Shown: positions 1-9,039, counted from the first letter of the stretch. The stretch is 26,013 nt of DNA from Candidatus Woesearchaeota archaeon (GCA_017609845.1 JAFCDD010000007.1:1-26013); one strand, 5' to 3'. Numbers and translations: made by a program. Notes: a model not told the origin generated them from the letters alone.

Positions 1-909
1 GGAAATCAATTTTTAGATGATTTAAGACAAGCAGATGTTTTAATTCATATTGTAGATATATCAGGAAGTTTAAATGCTCAAGGAGAAGAAATAGAACAAG
101 GTTCCTATGATCCATTAAAAGACATAGAATTTTTAGAATACGAATTAGATATGTGGTACTTTCAGATACTAAAAAAAGGATGGGAAAAATTCTCAAGAAC
201 AGTACATCAAGAAAAACAAGACATAATTAAAGCATTAGCAAAACAGTTATCAGCGTTAAAAATAACAGAACCAATGATTGAAGATTCTATTAAACACATA
301 AAAGATAAAAATCCTACAGAATGGACAGAACAAGAACTGAAAAAGTTGACAACAGAACTAAGAAAAAAATCAAAACCAATTATAATAGCAGCAAATAAAA
401 TTGATATTGATATAAAAAATAACTATGAAAGAATTAAAAAACAAATCAAAGAAATAATCATTCCTTGTTCTGCAGAATCAGAACTAGCTTTAAAAGAAGC
501 AGCAAAACATAACCTAATAGATTATATTCCTGGAGAAAGTTATTTTGAAATAAAAGGAGAACTCAATGAAGAACAAAAACACGCTTTAGAATTCATAAAA
601 GAAAAGATTTTATCTAAATACAAAACAACAGGAGTACAAAATATTCTTGACACAGCAATCTTTACATTATTAAAATATATTGCAGTTTATCCAGTTCCTA
701 ATGCAACTTTAAAAGATTCAGAAGGGAATACTCTCCCAGATTGTTATTTAGTTCCAGAAAATTCAACAGCTTTAGACTTGGCTTATAAGATTCATACCGA
801 CATAGGTTCTAATTTTATTAAAGCAATGGACGTTAAAACAAAAAAACCAATCGGAAAAGATCATAAACTAAATAATTTGGATGTAATTGAAATTATGACT
901 AAAAAATGA
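1..909 (+). CDS. ychF: YchF/Obg-family ATPase/GTPase, 5'-truncated by the window edge
   Basis: Frame 1 is open from base 1 (GNQFLDDLRQADVLIHIVDISG...YDPLKDIEFLEYEL) into the 151..909 ORF. It has the G4-like AANKID, CSAESELAL and a C-terminal TGS domain (STALDLAYKIHTDIG...IGKDHKL). Confidence 0.93.
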   Translation, partial: GNQFLDDLRQADVLIHIVDISGSLNAQGEEIEQGSYDPLKDIEFLEYELDMWYFQILKKGWEKFSRTVHQEKQDIIKALAKQLSALKITEPMIEDSIKHIKDKNPTEWTEQELKKLTTELRKKSKPIIIAANKIDIDIKNNYERIKKQIKEIIIPCSAESELALKEAAKHNLIDYIPGESYFEIKGELNEEQKHALEFIKEKILSKYKTTGVQNILDTAIFTLLKYIAVYPVPNATLKDSEGNTLPDCYLVPENSTALDLAYKIHTDIGSNFIKAMDVKTKKPIGKDHKLNNLDVIEIMTKK

Positions 910-1877
910 AATGCTTAGGAATAGAAGGAACAGCACACACATTCGGCGCTGCAATAATGGACAATAAAAAAATTCTTTCAGATATAAGAGACTCATATAA
1001 AACAAAAAAAGGAGGCATTATTCCAAATGATGCAGCAAACCATCATAGAAAAGTAGCAGATAAAGTAATTAAACAAGCATTAAAACAAGCAAAACTAACA
1101 ATAAAAGATATCAACTTAATTTCATTCTCCCAATCTCCAGGTTTAGCTCCTTGCTTAATAGCAACAAGAGATAAGGCAGTTGAAATAGCAAAAAAAAACA
1201 AAATTCCAATTATTGGTATTAACCACTGTATTTCACATTTAACTTCAGGATTACTATTCACCAAAGCAACCAACCCGGTTTTTATATTTGTCTCAGGAGC
1301 CAACACACAAATAATCTCACTAGAGGGAAATAAATTTAGAATTTTTGGAGAATCTCTAGATATAGGTCTAGGAAATGCATTAGATAAATTTGGAAGAGAA
1401 ATAAATCTAGGATTCCCTGCAGGACCAAAAATGGAATCTTTAGCTAAAAAAGGAAAATATATCCCTTTAACATACACAGTAAAAGGAATGGACTTAGCAT
1501 TTTCAGGAATAATAACAGAAGCAATAACAAAATTCAAAAAAGGAGAAAAAAAACAAGATTTATGTTATTCACTACAAGAAACCTTATTCGCAATGTTAAC
1601 AGAAGTTTCTGAACGTGCATTAGCACACACACAAAAAAATGAACTAGTTCTAATTGGGGGTGTAGCAGCAAATAAAAGATTATGCAATATGCTGAAAATA
1701 ATGTGCAAAGAAAGAAAAGCTAAATTTTTTAATGTTCCATTAAAATATGCAGGAGATAATGCAGTAATGATAGCATACCAAGGAATTCTCGAATATAAAT
1801 CAGGAAAAGAAGACAACTATAATATTGATATTATCCCAAATTTAAGAACAGACGAAGTAATGGTTACATGGAAATAG
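906..1877 (+). CDS. kae1: Kae1/TsaD tRNA t6A threonylcarbamoyltransferase (KEOPS), standalone with no Bud32 fusion
   Basis: LGIEGTAHTFG start, FSQSPGLAPCL, metal-binding NHCISH, VSGANTQ, GNALDKFGR, GGVAANKRL and GDNAVMIA. ATGA overlap with ychF. Confidence 0.96.
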   Translation: MKCLGIEGTAHTFGAAIMDNKKILSDIRDSYKTKKGGIIPNDAANHHRKVADKVIKQALKQAKLTIKDINLISFSQSPGLAPCLIATRDKAVEIAKKNKIPIIGINHCISHLTSGLLFTKATNPVFIFVSGANTQIISLEGNKFRIFGESLDIGLGNALDKFGREINLGFPAGPKMESLAKKGKYIPLTYTVKGMDLAFSGIITEAITKFKKGEKKQDLCYSLQETLFAMLTEVSERALAHTQKNELVLIGGVAANKRLCNMLKIMCKERKAKFFNVPLKYAGDNAVMIAYQGILEYKSGKEDNYNIDIIPNLRTDEVMVTWK

Positions 1878-2182
1878 GTGTTATTCAAATTATAAACAAA
1901 TTCTAATTTTTTTAAGCTTATTTTAAACTTGTTTTTTGAAAAGAAAGAGAAATAATGCTTATTTTGATATAAAAATGGACATAAGAAGATAATAATAAAA
2001 TATACAAATATTTATATAGTAAAAAGTAGCAATAATAAGTGTATTATGCTCTTATGGACATAATATAATCTCTTGAGGAGAATAAACCTAACAAAGAACA
2101 AGTAAAATTGTTAAAAACAATCCTAAACAAAGAAAAACTCTTTTTTAGGAAAGGAAAAAGCATCCAAGTTAATAACTTTAAA

Positions 2183-2189
2183 GAGGTGA
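2183..2189 (+). promoter_or_regulatory. Shine-Dalgarno GAGGTGA for the 66-aa ORF
   Basis: Exact complement of the archaeal 16S 3' end, 6 nt before ATG 2196. Confidence 0.7.
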
Positions 2190-2195
2190 TTAGAA

Positions 2196-2396
2196 ATGGC
2201 GACAACAGAAATGACATTAGAAGAGGCTTGTGGGGGTCAATATTCAGTAAAAAAGCCAGGAAGAATAAGTTACTTTTTGGCCAAATATCTTGGATTTGAA
2301 ACACCAGGATATAGAAAATACACAGTTGGAAAAATTGAGACTTCATGTGAAGATTTTGAAAGAAGACTCGAGAAACTGACATTGGGCACGGTTTAA
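2196..2396 (+). CDS. Small hypothetical protein (66 aa)
   Basis: ATG with a perfect GAGGTGA SD and protein-like composition. No family recognised. Confidence 0.7.
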   Translation: MATTEMTLEEACGGQYSVKKPGRISYFLAKYLGFETPGYRKYTVGKIETSCEDFERRLEKLTLGTV

Positions 2397-2520
2397 AAAA
2401 TAAAATATTTTTGAATTTACTCAAATTTCTAAGAAAGAAGTAAAATAGGAAGGAGAGGTTATGCAAGAACAACAATCTTTTGTGAAGATTAGTGTAGGCA
2501 TTAATTGAATTTAAATAAAA

Positions 2521-3651
2521 ATGATCGAAAATAATGATAAATTGAAGATATTTCAAATTTCTACCCCATATATTGCTCTGTCTCCAGAAATGAAATATGG
2601 GGGTACAGAAAGAGTAATATTATATTTAGATGAGCAATTTGTTAAAGGAGGACATAGTTCAATAGTCGCCGCACCAAGAGAGTCTAGAATTGCTGGTGAA
2701 TTATTATCCACAGTACCAAGTGGAAGCTGGAGAGTAAATGAAGAAGGAATTATGAGAACTCCAAAAGATAGGAGCCAATATACAGAAACACACGAAAGAG
2801 AGATTGTTAATTTCTTATCAAAGAATGAAGAAATTGATATTGTTCATGACCATATGAGTAATTTTCTTATTTCCGGAGAATATTTTGAAAGGGGACAACA
2901 AATCAGGGCACCAATACTCACCACACTACACGTTCCTTATTTAAATCTATCTCCAGAAATATATGGAGCGTGGAGAAGAATCAAAACAGAAGGAAGAAAG
3001 GTCTTCTTTAATGCAATTAGTCAATCTCAAAAAAGACATTTTGAAAAAAAAGTAGACGTTTGTGACGTTATTTATCACGGCATCCCTTTAGACAGATTTC
3101 CTTTTGAGGAAAAAAAATCAGATTATTTATTTTCTCTTGGAAAAATTTCTTATAAGAAAGGCCAACATATTGCAATTGAAGTAGCAAAAAAGACCGGAAT
3201 GAGATTAATAATTGCTGGAGAAATTCAGGACAGGGAAGAGATCTATTTTAGAGAGATGATTGAGCCCAATATAGATGGAGACCAAATAAGGTTTATTGGT
3301 TCTTTGAATGATCAGGAAAAAGTTGAGTGGTATAAAAATGCTTTAGTTTTTCTTATGCCAATTAATTGGGAAGAAGCTTTTGGTTTAGTAATGATAGAAT
3401 CAATGGCTTGTGGTACTCCAGTAATAGCTTTTAATAGGGGATCTGTTCCAGAAATTGTTAAACATGGCAAGACAGGTTTTGTTGTAGATACAAGCAGAGG
3501 AGCAGATTACGAATTAGAGGAGATGGTTAGAGCCGTAAATCGTATAGGAGAAATAAAGCCGGCAGATTGTAGAAGACATGTAGAAGAAGAATTCTCAATA
3601 GAAGAAGAAGCAAGAAATTATATTGAGCTATATAGGCGTATTATTAATTGA
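2521..3651 (+). CDS. GT4 family glycosyltransferase (GT-B fold)
   Basis: YGGTERV, DIVHDH, VIYHGIP, GKISYKKG and the E-x7-E motif EAFGLVMIESMACGTPVIAF. Confidence 0.92.
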   Translation: MIENNDKLKIFQISTPYIALSPEMKYGGTERVILYLDEQFVKGGHSSIVAAPRESRIAGELLSTVPSGSWRVNEEGIMRTPKDRSQYTETHEREIVNFLSKNEEIDIVHDHMSNFLISGEYFERGQQIRAPILTTLHVPYLNLSPEIYGAWRRIKTEGRKVFFNAISQSQKRHFEKKVDVCDVIYHGIPLDRFPFEEKKSDYLFSLGKISYKKGQHIAIEVAKKTGMRLIIAGEIQDREEIYFREMIEPNIDGDQIRFIGSLNDQEKVEWYKNALVFLMPINWEEAFGLVMIESMACGTPVIAFNRGSVPEIVKHGKTGFVVDTSRGADYELEEMVRAVNRIGEIKPADCRRHVEEEFSIEEEARNYIELYRRIIN

Positions 3652-3695
3652 AATAATTTCTTTAAAGAAAATAATTAAAAAATTTGAAATACAAA

Positions 3696-4583
3696 ATGGA
3701 GCTTGATAAGTTAAAAGAAAAAGTACAAAAAACATTGAACATAAGTGTAACACATATAGAACCACTCCCTTATATAAGTTCAAGTTTACGTTATAAATTA
3801 ACTTCTGAGGATGAACTTTTTATGTTAAAATTACCGGATGACAATGTGCCTGCCCCCCCTAGCCAACTAAAAAAACTTATACGATATTTATTTGAAAAAA
3901 AATTACCAATAATATTTCAAGAAAGATTCGAAAGAAGAACTCAAGAAAGAAGAGTAAGTTTAGAAGCAACAGTTTTACAAAATTGGGAACAATATAATAT
4001 AGATGCAGCAAGAGTAAGAGTTACAGATAAAAGAACAATGATACTTCTTGATTATATTATGGGACAAGATTATAAAGATCTTATTGAAGAAGGAAGATTA
4101 ACAAAAGAACAATTTGATAGTCTTATAGAAAATATCAGTTACATAAGATATGTTGCTAAGAGGGAAGAAAATCTAATGCTCCTTCATAATGATTTGCATA
4201 TAGGAAACTTTATGTTTGATCAAGAATCAAGAAAATCAAGAGCAATAGATCCAGGAATGATTCTCAATCCTTCTTTAAACTTTAAAGAAATAGACGCATA
4301 TCTTAATTTGTTTTTTTGTTATTCATTAGTATCTAATTTATTCTTTGATTCAAATAGAACACGTTATATTAGAGAAGAAATTTTAAATGCTTTTATAAAA
4401 ACATTAGAAAGACCAACAATACAAACAATGATTTCATTAAACAACCCAGTTTCACCACTATATTTAAGATACCAAAAAACTGGTAAAAAACCAGACCCAC
4501 ACAAAAACTTTAACTTATATAATACTTTTAATAAACAAAACTTTAAAATAGTGCAGGAAGCCTTACAAAAACAATATAAATAA
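3696..4583 (+). CDS. Protein-kinase-like (PKL) fold phosphotransferase (Kdo/WaaP/APH-like), substrate unknown
   Basis: beta3 Lys (FMLKLP), alphaC Glu (SLEATVL), hinge LLDYIMG, catalytic loop HNDLHIGN and DFG-like IDPG. ATG 3696 is preferred over TTG 3684. Confidence 0.7.
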   Translation: MELDKLKEKVQKTLNISVTHIEPLPYISSSLRYKLTSEDELFMLKLPDDNVPAPPSQLKKLIRYLFEKKLPIIFQERFERRTQERRVSLEATVLQNWEQYNIDAARVRVTDKRTMILLDYIMGQDYKDLIEEGRLTKEQFDSLIENISYIRYVAKREENLMLLHNDLHIGNFMFDQESRKSRAIDPGMILNPSLNFKEIDAYLNLFFCYSLVSNLFFDSNRTRYIREEILNAFIKTLERPTIQTMISLNNPVSPLYLRYQKTGKKPDPHKNFNLYNTFNKQNFKIVQEALQKQYK

Positions 4584-4602
4584 TTAAACAATTAATATAA
4601 AT

Positions 4603-5193
4603 ATGGAACCTTACATCCAAACAACAGACTATACTGCTGCCCCATCTTGTTTATTATCTATTCTTAATCACTTTAATAAACTAGAACTTAAAAGAAAAAA
4701 TGAATTTAAAATATGGATGAAATCAGCATTATTGCCAATAAGGGCTTCATCAATCTATGCCTTAGCAATAACAGCAAAAAAACACGGATTAAAACCAAAA
4801 ATAGTGGCAGGAAATTTAGATTACGAATACCCTAACTACAGGTTTAAATCTTACAAATTAAAAGAAATAAACCAAGCAAAAATTACTTCCAAACTATACT
4901 TAAAAAAAGCACAAAAAGAAAATATAAAAATAGAAAAAAAAGATTTTGATCTCGATTATGTTAAGAAATTATTAATGAAGAAAAAAATATTATTATTAAG
5001 ACTTAATATTGGAATAATAAGAAATATAAAATCAACATCCAATTATGTAGTAGTATACGGCTATGGAAATAACAAATTTCTTGTCAATGATTCAAGATTA
5101 GGTAAACTACTAATCCCAGAAGAACAAATGAAAGAAGCATTCGAAACAGTAATAACAAAATGTAAGAGAGACAGCAGAATGATTATTTTTTAA
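4603..5193 (+). CDS. Peptidase C39-like (DUF3335-type) protein with catalytic Cys and His substituted
   Basis: YIQTTDYTAAPSCLL matches the family pattern Y.QTT.FTCGPACL, EFKIW matches EL.LW, NYVVVYG matches HWVVV.G, and LVND matches YVHD. Confidence 0.72.
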   Translation: MEPYIQTTDYTAAPSCLLSILNHFNKLELKRKNEFKIWMKSALLPIRASSIYALAITAKKHGLKPKIVAGNLDYEYPNYRFKSYKLKEINQAKITSKLYLKKAQKENIKIEKKDFDLDYVKKLLMKKKILLLRLNIGIIRNIKSTSNYVVVYGYGNNKFLVNDSRLGKLLIPEEQMKEAFETVITKCKRDSRMIIF

Positions 5194-5194
5194 A

Positions 5195-5518
5195 ATGCTA
5201 AGAATTAACAATAAAATAATAACTAAAGAAACTAAAATCCTCAATTCTTCTTTATCTAAATTCCTAGGATTAATGTTCAGAAAAAAACAAACATTGATAT
5301 TCAAATTCAAAAAAGAAGTAAAACATTCAATTCACATGTTCTTTGTTTTCTTCCCAATAGATGTTATCTTCTTAGATAAAAATAATAAGATAATAGAAAC
5401 AAAAATGAACCTTAAACCATTCTCAATCTACTTTCCAAAAAACAAGTTTAATACACTAATAGAGTTACCAAAAGGGAAAATTAATAATATTAAAAAAGAA
5501 GACAATATCTCTTTTTAA
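5195..5518 (+). CDS. DUF192 (UPF0127) family protein
   Basis: GLMFRK, SIHMFFVFFPIDVIFLD, LKPFS and IELPKG. Confidence 0.88.
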   Translation: MLRINNKIITKETKILNSSLSKFLGLMFRKKQTLIFKFKKEVKHSIHMFFVFFPIDVIFLDKNNKIIETKMNLKPFSIYFPKNKFNTLIELPKGKINNIKKEDNISF

Positions 5519-5553
5519 TAAGAACACAAAGAATGGAAATTATAAATATTTCT

Positions 5554-6468
5554 CTAACAAGGCTCTATTTTATAATCTTTTAAGTAATTATATATAGAAT
5601 AAACAGCATTTACTCCTTGAGCAACACCAGTTATTGCCTGTTTAAATTCAAAGTTTGTACAATCTCCAGCAGCATAAATTCCTTTAACATTTGTTTCAGA
5701 CATTCCATTGATGATAATCTCTCCTTTTTCATTTAATTCAACTCCAAGCTTCTCTGCCAGCTCGGCCTTAACAACAAACCCAACCTCAATAAACAAACCA
5801 TCTAGTTTTAATTCTCTCAAATTAGAATCTAATCTAACCTTTTCAACAAAGTCTCTTCCTAAAATCTCAGTAACATTGGTATTATTAATAATCTCAATTT
5901 TATCATTTTCTTCTACTCTTTTAAGGTTTATTGGCTCAGCTCTTATTTTTTCTTTTCTATAAATGATATAAACTTTCTTAGCATACTGGCTTAATAATAA
6001 TGCTTCCTTAGCAGCAGAATCCGAACCACCAACAACACCAACAAATTTATCTTTGAATAATGGCCCATCACAAGTTGCACAGTAACTTACTCCCTTATTT
6101 GTAAATTCTTTTTCCCCAGGAACATTTAACTTTCTATGTTCTGCTCCGGTAGAAAAGACAATGGTTTTAGCTTGATATTCGCCATCTTCAGTCTTTATCA
6201 AGAAACAATCCCCATTTTTTTCAATATCAATAACTTTTTCTTTTTTAAATTCTATATTTTTATAACTTCTTGCGTGATCCTCTATACTTTTAGCTAACTC
6301 CATTCCTGTTACATTTGTAAAACCAGGATAATTCTCAACCAAATGCGTTGTTTTTATCAAACCACCAAAATCAGGATCAAAAATAATAGTTTTCAAATTA
6401 AATCTTGCCGAATATATGGAAGCTGATAAACCAGTTACCCCTCCCCCAATAATGGCCACATCATACAT
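5554..6468 (-). CDS. trxB: Thioredoxin reductase
   Basis: IIGGGVTG FAD motif, VENYPG, redox CATC (GVSYCATCDG), GGSDSA nucleotide motif and GIYAAGD. Confidence 0.95.
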   Translation of the reverse strand: MYDVAIIGGGVTGLSASIYSARFNLKTIIFDPDFGGLIKTTHLVENYPGFTNVTGMELAKSIEDHARSYKNIEFKKEKVIDIEKNGDCFLIKTEDGEYQAKTIVFSTGAEHRKLNVPGEKEFTNKGVSYCATCDGPLFKDKFVGVVGGSDSAAKEALLLSQYAKKVYIIYRKEKIRAEPINLKRVEENDKIEIINNTNVTEILGRDFVEKVRLDSNLRELKLDGLFIEVGFVVKAELAEKLGVELNEKGEIIINGMSETNVKGIYAAGDCTNFEFKQAITGVAQGVNAVYSIYNYLKDYKIEPC

Positions 6469-6586
6469 AACCCATTAGAACTTAGATTTATATAAAAAGG
6501 TTTTGTTTAAATTAACAATTCTTTAACAACAAAATTTATATATCCATTTATATGCTATATTAGCTTAAATAACCTAGAGGAATAAA

Positions 6587-7732
6587 GTGAACAAAGATCT
6601 GATTGTAGGAATCCCCTCATATAATGAAGAAGACTCTATTTCTTTTGTTGTTAAACAAATTGACAGGGGATTAACAAGATATTTTCCAGAATTAAGAACA
6701 CAAATAATAAATGTTGACAATAATTCACCAGACAATACAAAACAAGCATTCTTAAATACAAAAACAATAAATGAAAAAATTTATATTTCAACGCCACCAA
6801 AAATAAAAGGAAAAGGGAATAATTTCTATAATTTATTTAAATATGCACAAGAAACAGAAGCAAAAGCAGTAATAGTTGTTGATGCAGACCTAAAATCAAT
6901 TACGCCAGACTGGATAAAAAGACTTGGACAGCCAATTTTAGATGGAACAGACTTTGTTTCACCACTATACACAAGACATAAACATGACGGTACAATAACA
7001 AACAACATAGTTTTCCCATTAGTCTATTCTTTATTTAACAAATACATAAGACAACCAATAGGAGGAGAATTTGCGTTTTCAAAAAAATTAATTGATCATT
7101 ACCTTAATCAGCAATGGAATGAAACAACAAAACAATACGGCATTGATATATTTATAACAATGAATGCTTTAATAGGAAATTTTCCCACAAAACAAACCTT
7201 CCTCGGCACAAAAATACATAAGCCTTCTGCGCCAAAATTAGGACAAATGTTCACTCAAGTAGTTAATACGTTATTTGATCTTATTACATCTAACTATGAA
7301 ATAGTACAAAGATATAATGGGGAGAAAAAACAAGAACCAGAAATAATAGTCCCAGAATTTAAAATTTCTGATATAGAAGTTAATATGAATAATTTAAAAG
7401 AAACATCACATAAATGTTTTGATGAAAATAAAGAATTTCTTAGAAGAACACTAAATAAAGAAATCTTTAAAAAAATTGATTACTCATTCAATAACGGAAT
7501 TGTAGTTGATTCAGATTTATGGTCAGACATTGTATTTGAATTTTTAAATAAATATAAAAAAAATAACCTGGAATTGATTGAAGCTCTTAAGCCATTATAC
7601 CTTGCGACAACCCACACTTTTATAGAACAAACAAAAAATATCCCTTCACATCAAGCAGAAGAACTAATTATAAAACAAGCAGAAATTTTCTGGGAGAAAA
7701 AACACAGATTTCTTGGGATCAAAAATAACTAA
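6587..7732 (+). CDS. GT-A glycosyltransferase, glucosylglycerate-synthase (Ggs)/mannosylglycerate-synthase-like
   Basis: GIPSYNE, GKG, DxD (VDADLKSITPDW), RHKHDGTITN, IRQPIGGEFAFS, YGIDIFIT and LGTKIH. GTG start with GAGG upstream. Confidence 0.75.
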   Translation: MNKDLIVGIPSYNEEDSISFVVKQIDRGLTRYFPELRTQIINVDNNSPDNTKQAFLNTKTINEKIYISTPPKIKGKGNNFYNLFKYAQETEAKAVIVVDADLKSITPDWIKRLGQPILDGTDFVSPLYTRHKHDGTITNNIVFPLVYSLFNKYIRQPIGGEFAFSKKLIDHYLNQQWNETTKQYGIDIFITMNALIGNFPTKQTFLGTKIHKPSAPKLGQMFTQVVNTLFDLITSNYEIVQRYNGEKKQEPEIIVPEFKISDIEVNMNNLKETSHKCFDENKEFLRRTLNKEIFKKIDYSFNNGIVVDSDLWSDIVFEFLNKYKKNNLELIEALKPLYLATTHTFIEQTKNIPSHQAEELIIKQAEIFWEKKHRFLGIKNN

Positions 7733-8933
7733 ACAATCTTTTCTGTTCATTTAAATTTCTAATTAATTTGCTGTCTTTAATTAAATTAGAAACATCAATT
7801 CTTAAATTATTCAAAGCAATCTCTTTCATTTTTTCTAAAGCTTTATTTTTATCATCAAAACTTTCATAATTAACATTTAAAATCTTTCTACAAGCATTTC
7901 TAACAACCCAAACTCCCAAAGAAGCCCAATACTCTGGAGTTTCAAACCTCAAAACCAATGCGCTTGCCTGTCTCTTAATACCAACTAGATACTCTAGTAT
8001 TGCTAATCTAGTAGCATAATAACCTCCAGCAGTATTAAATGCATACCCCTTTCTTCCAAATACATCTTCATAATCATGAGCAGTTTTCAATCTCCAGTCA
8101 GGATTCCATGCACTTCCAGGCAAATAATTTTCAAATAAATCAAAAGAGAAAGGTCCAGGAATAAGTAAAATTAAATAATAGTTACCCATAAATTTTCCAA
8201 AAAACAACCTATGTTCATTAATAAAATTACATTCCTTAATCTTCTTAATTATGCTTTTGCCAATAATATCATCTACTGCAGTTATGCTCCATCGTGTAGG
8301 AACCAACTTACGGCTAGCCTTAACCCCCAACAAACCCAAAGATAATAATTTAACTAATTGACCTTCCTCAAAATTCTTACCTAAATATAACAAAGCATCA
8401 TTAGCCTTTAAATCTGTATCATCCACGACTTTATCTATTTTCTTTGGAACCTTAACATTATCAACTATTTTTGCTTTAAGTAAGGGAGCCCTAGGGCCCT
8501 GAGGACTATGAAATCTATCAAAATTAATTTCCAAACTAACCTTCTTCTTTAATTTAATCTCAACATCAACGTCTTTAATTCCCATCCCAATTTCCCTGGT
8601 AATATCTAAAAACTTATGAGAACTTTTGACACCAGTCATAAATTTAGAATTAACTAAATTACTCCTAAATTCAATAACATCTTTAATATCATAATCATTA
8701 TCAGCCCAGTATTTTTCAGCATCATACAGCCAAGCATCCTTAACCTTTTCAGTAGGAGACAAAATACCAACATTAACTTTAGGATATTTTAATTTAGAAC
8801 CAACAAAAACTGCAGGAGGACTACTTCCAAAAAATTCATCTATCTTAACATTAACGTTCTTAAATAAATTTGCAGTCCTCAAGGGCCTAGGCATTAATTT
8901 ATTGTATTTATAATTAATTTCTGCTATATCCAT
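7719..8933 (-). CDS. nreA: NreA archaeal PCNA-interacting DNA repair protein
   Basis: GSSPPAVFVGS..YPKVNVG, RKLVPTRWSITAVD, AGGYYATRL, Y...LGVW.VR and a C-terminal PIP box QKRLFSYF. Confidence 0.9.
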   Translation of the reverse strand: MDIAEINYKYNKLMPRPLRTANLFKNVNVKIDEFFGSSPPAVFVGSKLKYPKVNVGILSPTEKVKDAWLYDAEKYWADNDYDIKDVIEFRSNLVNSKFMTGVKSSHKFLDITREIGMGIKDVDVEIKLKKKVSLEINFDRFHSPQGPRAPLLKAKIVDNVKVPKKIDKVVDDTDLKANDALLYLGKNFEEGQLVKLLSLGLLGVKASRKLVPTRWSITAVDDIIGKSIIKKIKECNFINEHRLFFGKFMGNYYLILLIPGPFSFDLFENYLPGSAWNPDWRLKTAHDYEDVFGRKGYAFNTAGGYYATRLAILEYLVGIKRQASALVLRFETPEYWASLGVWVVRNACRKILNVNYESFDDKNKALEKMKEIALNNLRIDVSNLIKDSKLIRNLNEQKRLFSYF

Positions 8934-9005
8934 ATAAATAAAATAAAATACTAATTAAAAAGTCTTATGTATAAATGGCCCGTACATATATACTTGATAG
9001 CAACA

Positions 9006-9013
9006 TTTTTAAA
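9006..9013 (+). promoter_or_regulatory. TATA box for tRNA-Val
   Basis: TTTTTAAA lies 27-34 nt upstream of the tRNA 5' end. The same octamer precedes tRNA-Tyr and tsaC. Confidence 0.55.
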
Positions 9014-9039
9014 TCCATTATATTCCTAATTCTACATAT

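Noticed and set aside
2232-2240. GGQ in the 66-aa ORF as a Pup-like terminus for the PafA homologue
   Set aside because: It is internal (residues 13-15), not C-terminal, there is no Pup-like helical F/Y-V-Q pattern, and it is 20 kb from pafA.
2054-2299. ORF 2108-2299 and its possible upstream extension (ATG 2054, interrupted by TAA at 2066)
   Set aside because: It could be a decayed gene, since a TATA-like TTTATATA lies near 2010. However, it overlaps the SD-supported 66-aa ORF by 104 nt and has no recognisable motif.
3696-4583. The kinase as the Bud32 partner of Kae1
   Set aside because: It has no GAEA loop or Bud32 motifs, is too long, and is separated from kae1 by unrelated genes.
5554-6468. 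TrxB GGSDSA/YRK in place of GGGDSA/HRR
   Set aside because: This is a mild variant that I recall being frequent in archaeal TrxB; the basic residues for NADPH are retained.
8966-8989. Partial echo of the tRNA-Val 5' end (TGGCCCGTA) inside a short TATGTA/TACATA inverted repeat
   Set aside because: It is too short to call an att site or duplication, and there is no integrase or island boundary nearby.
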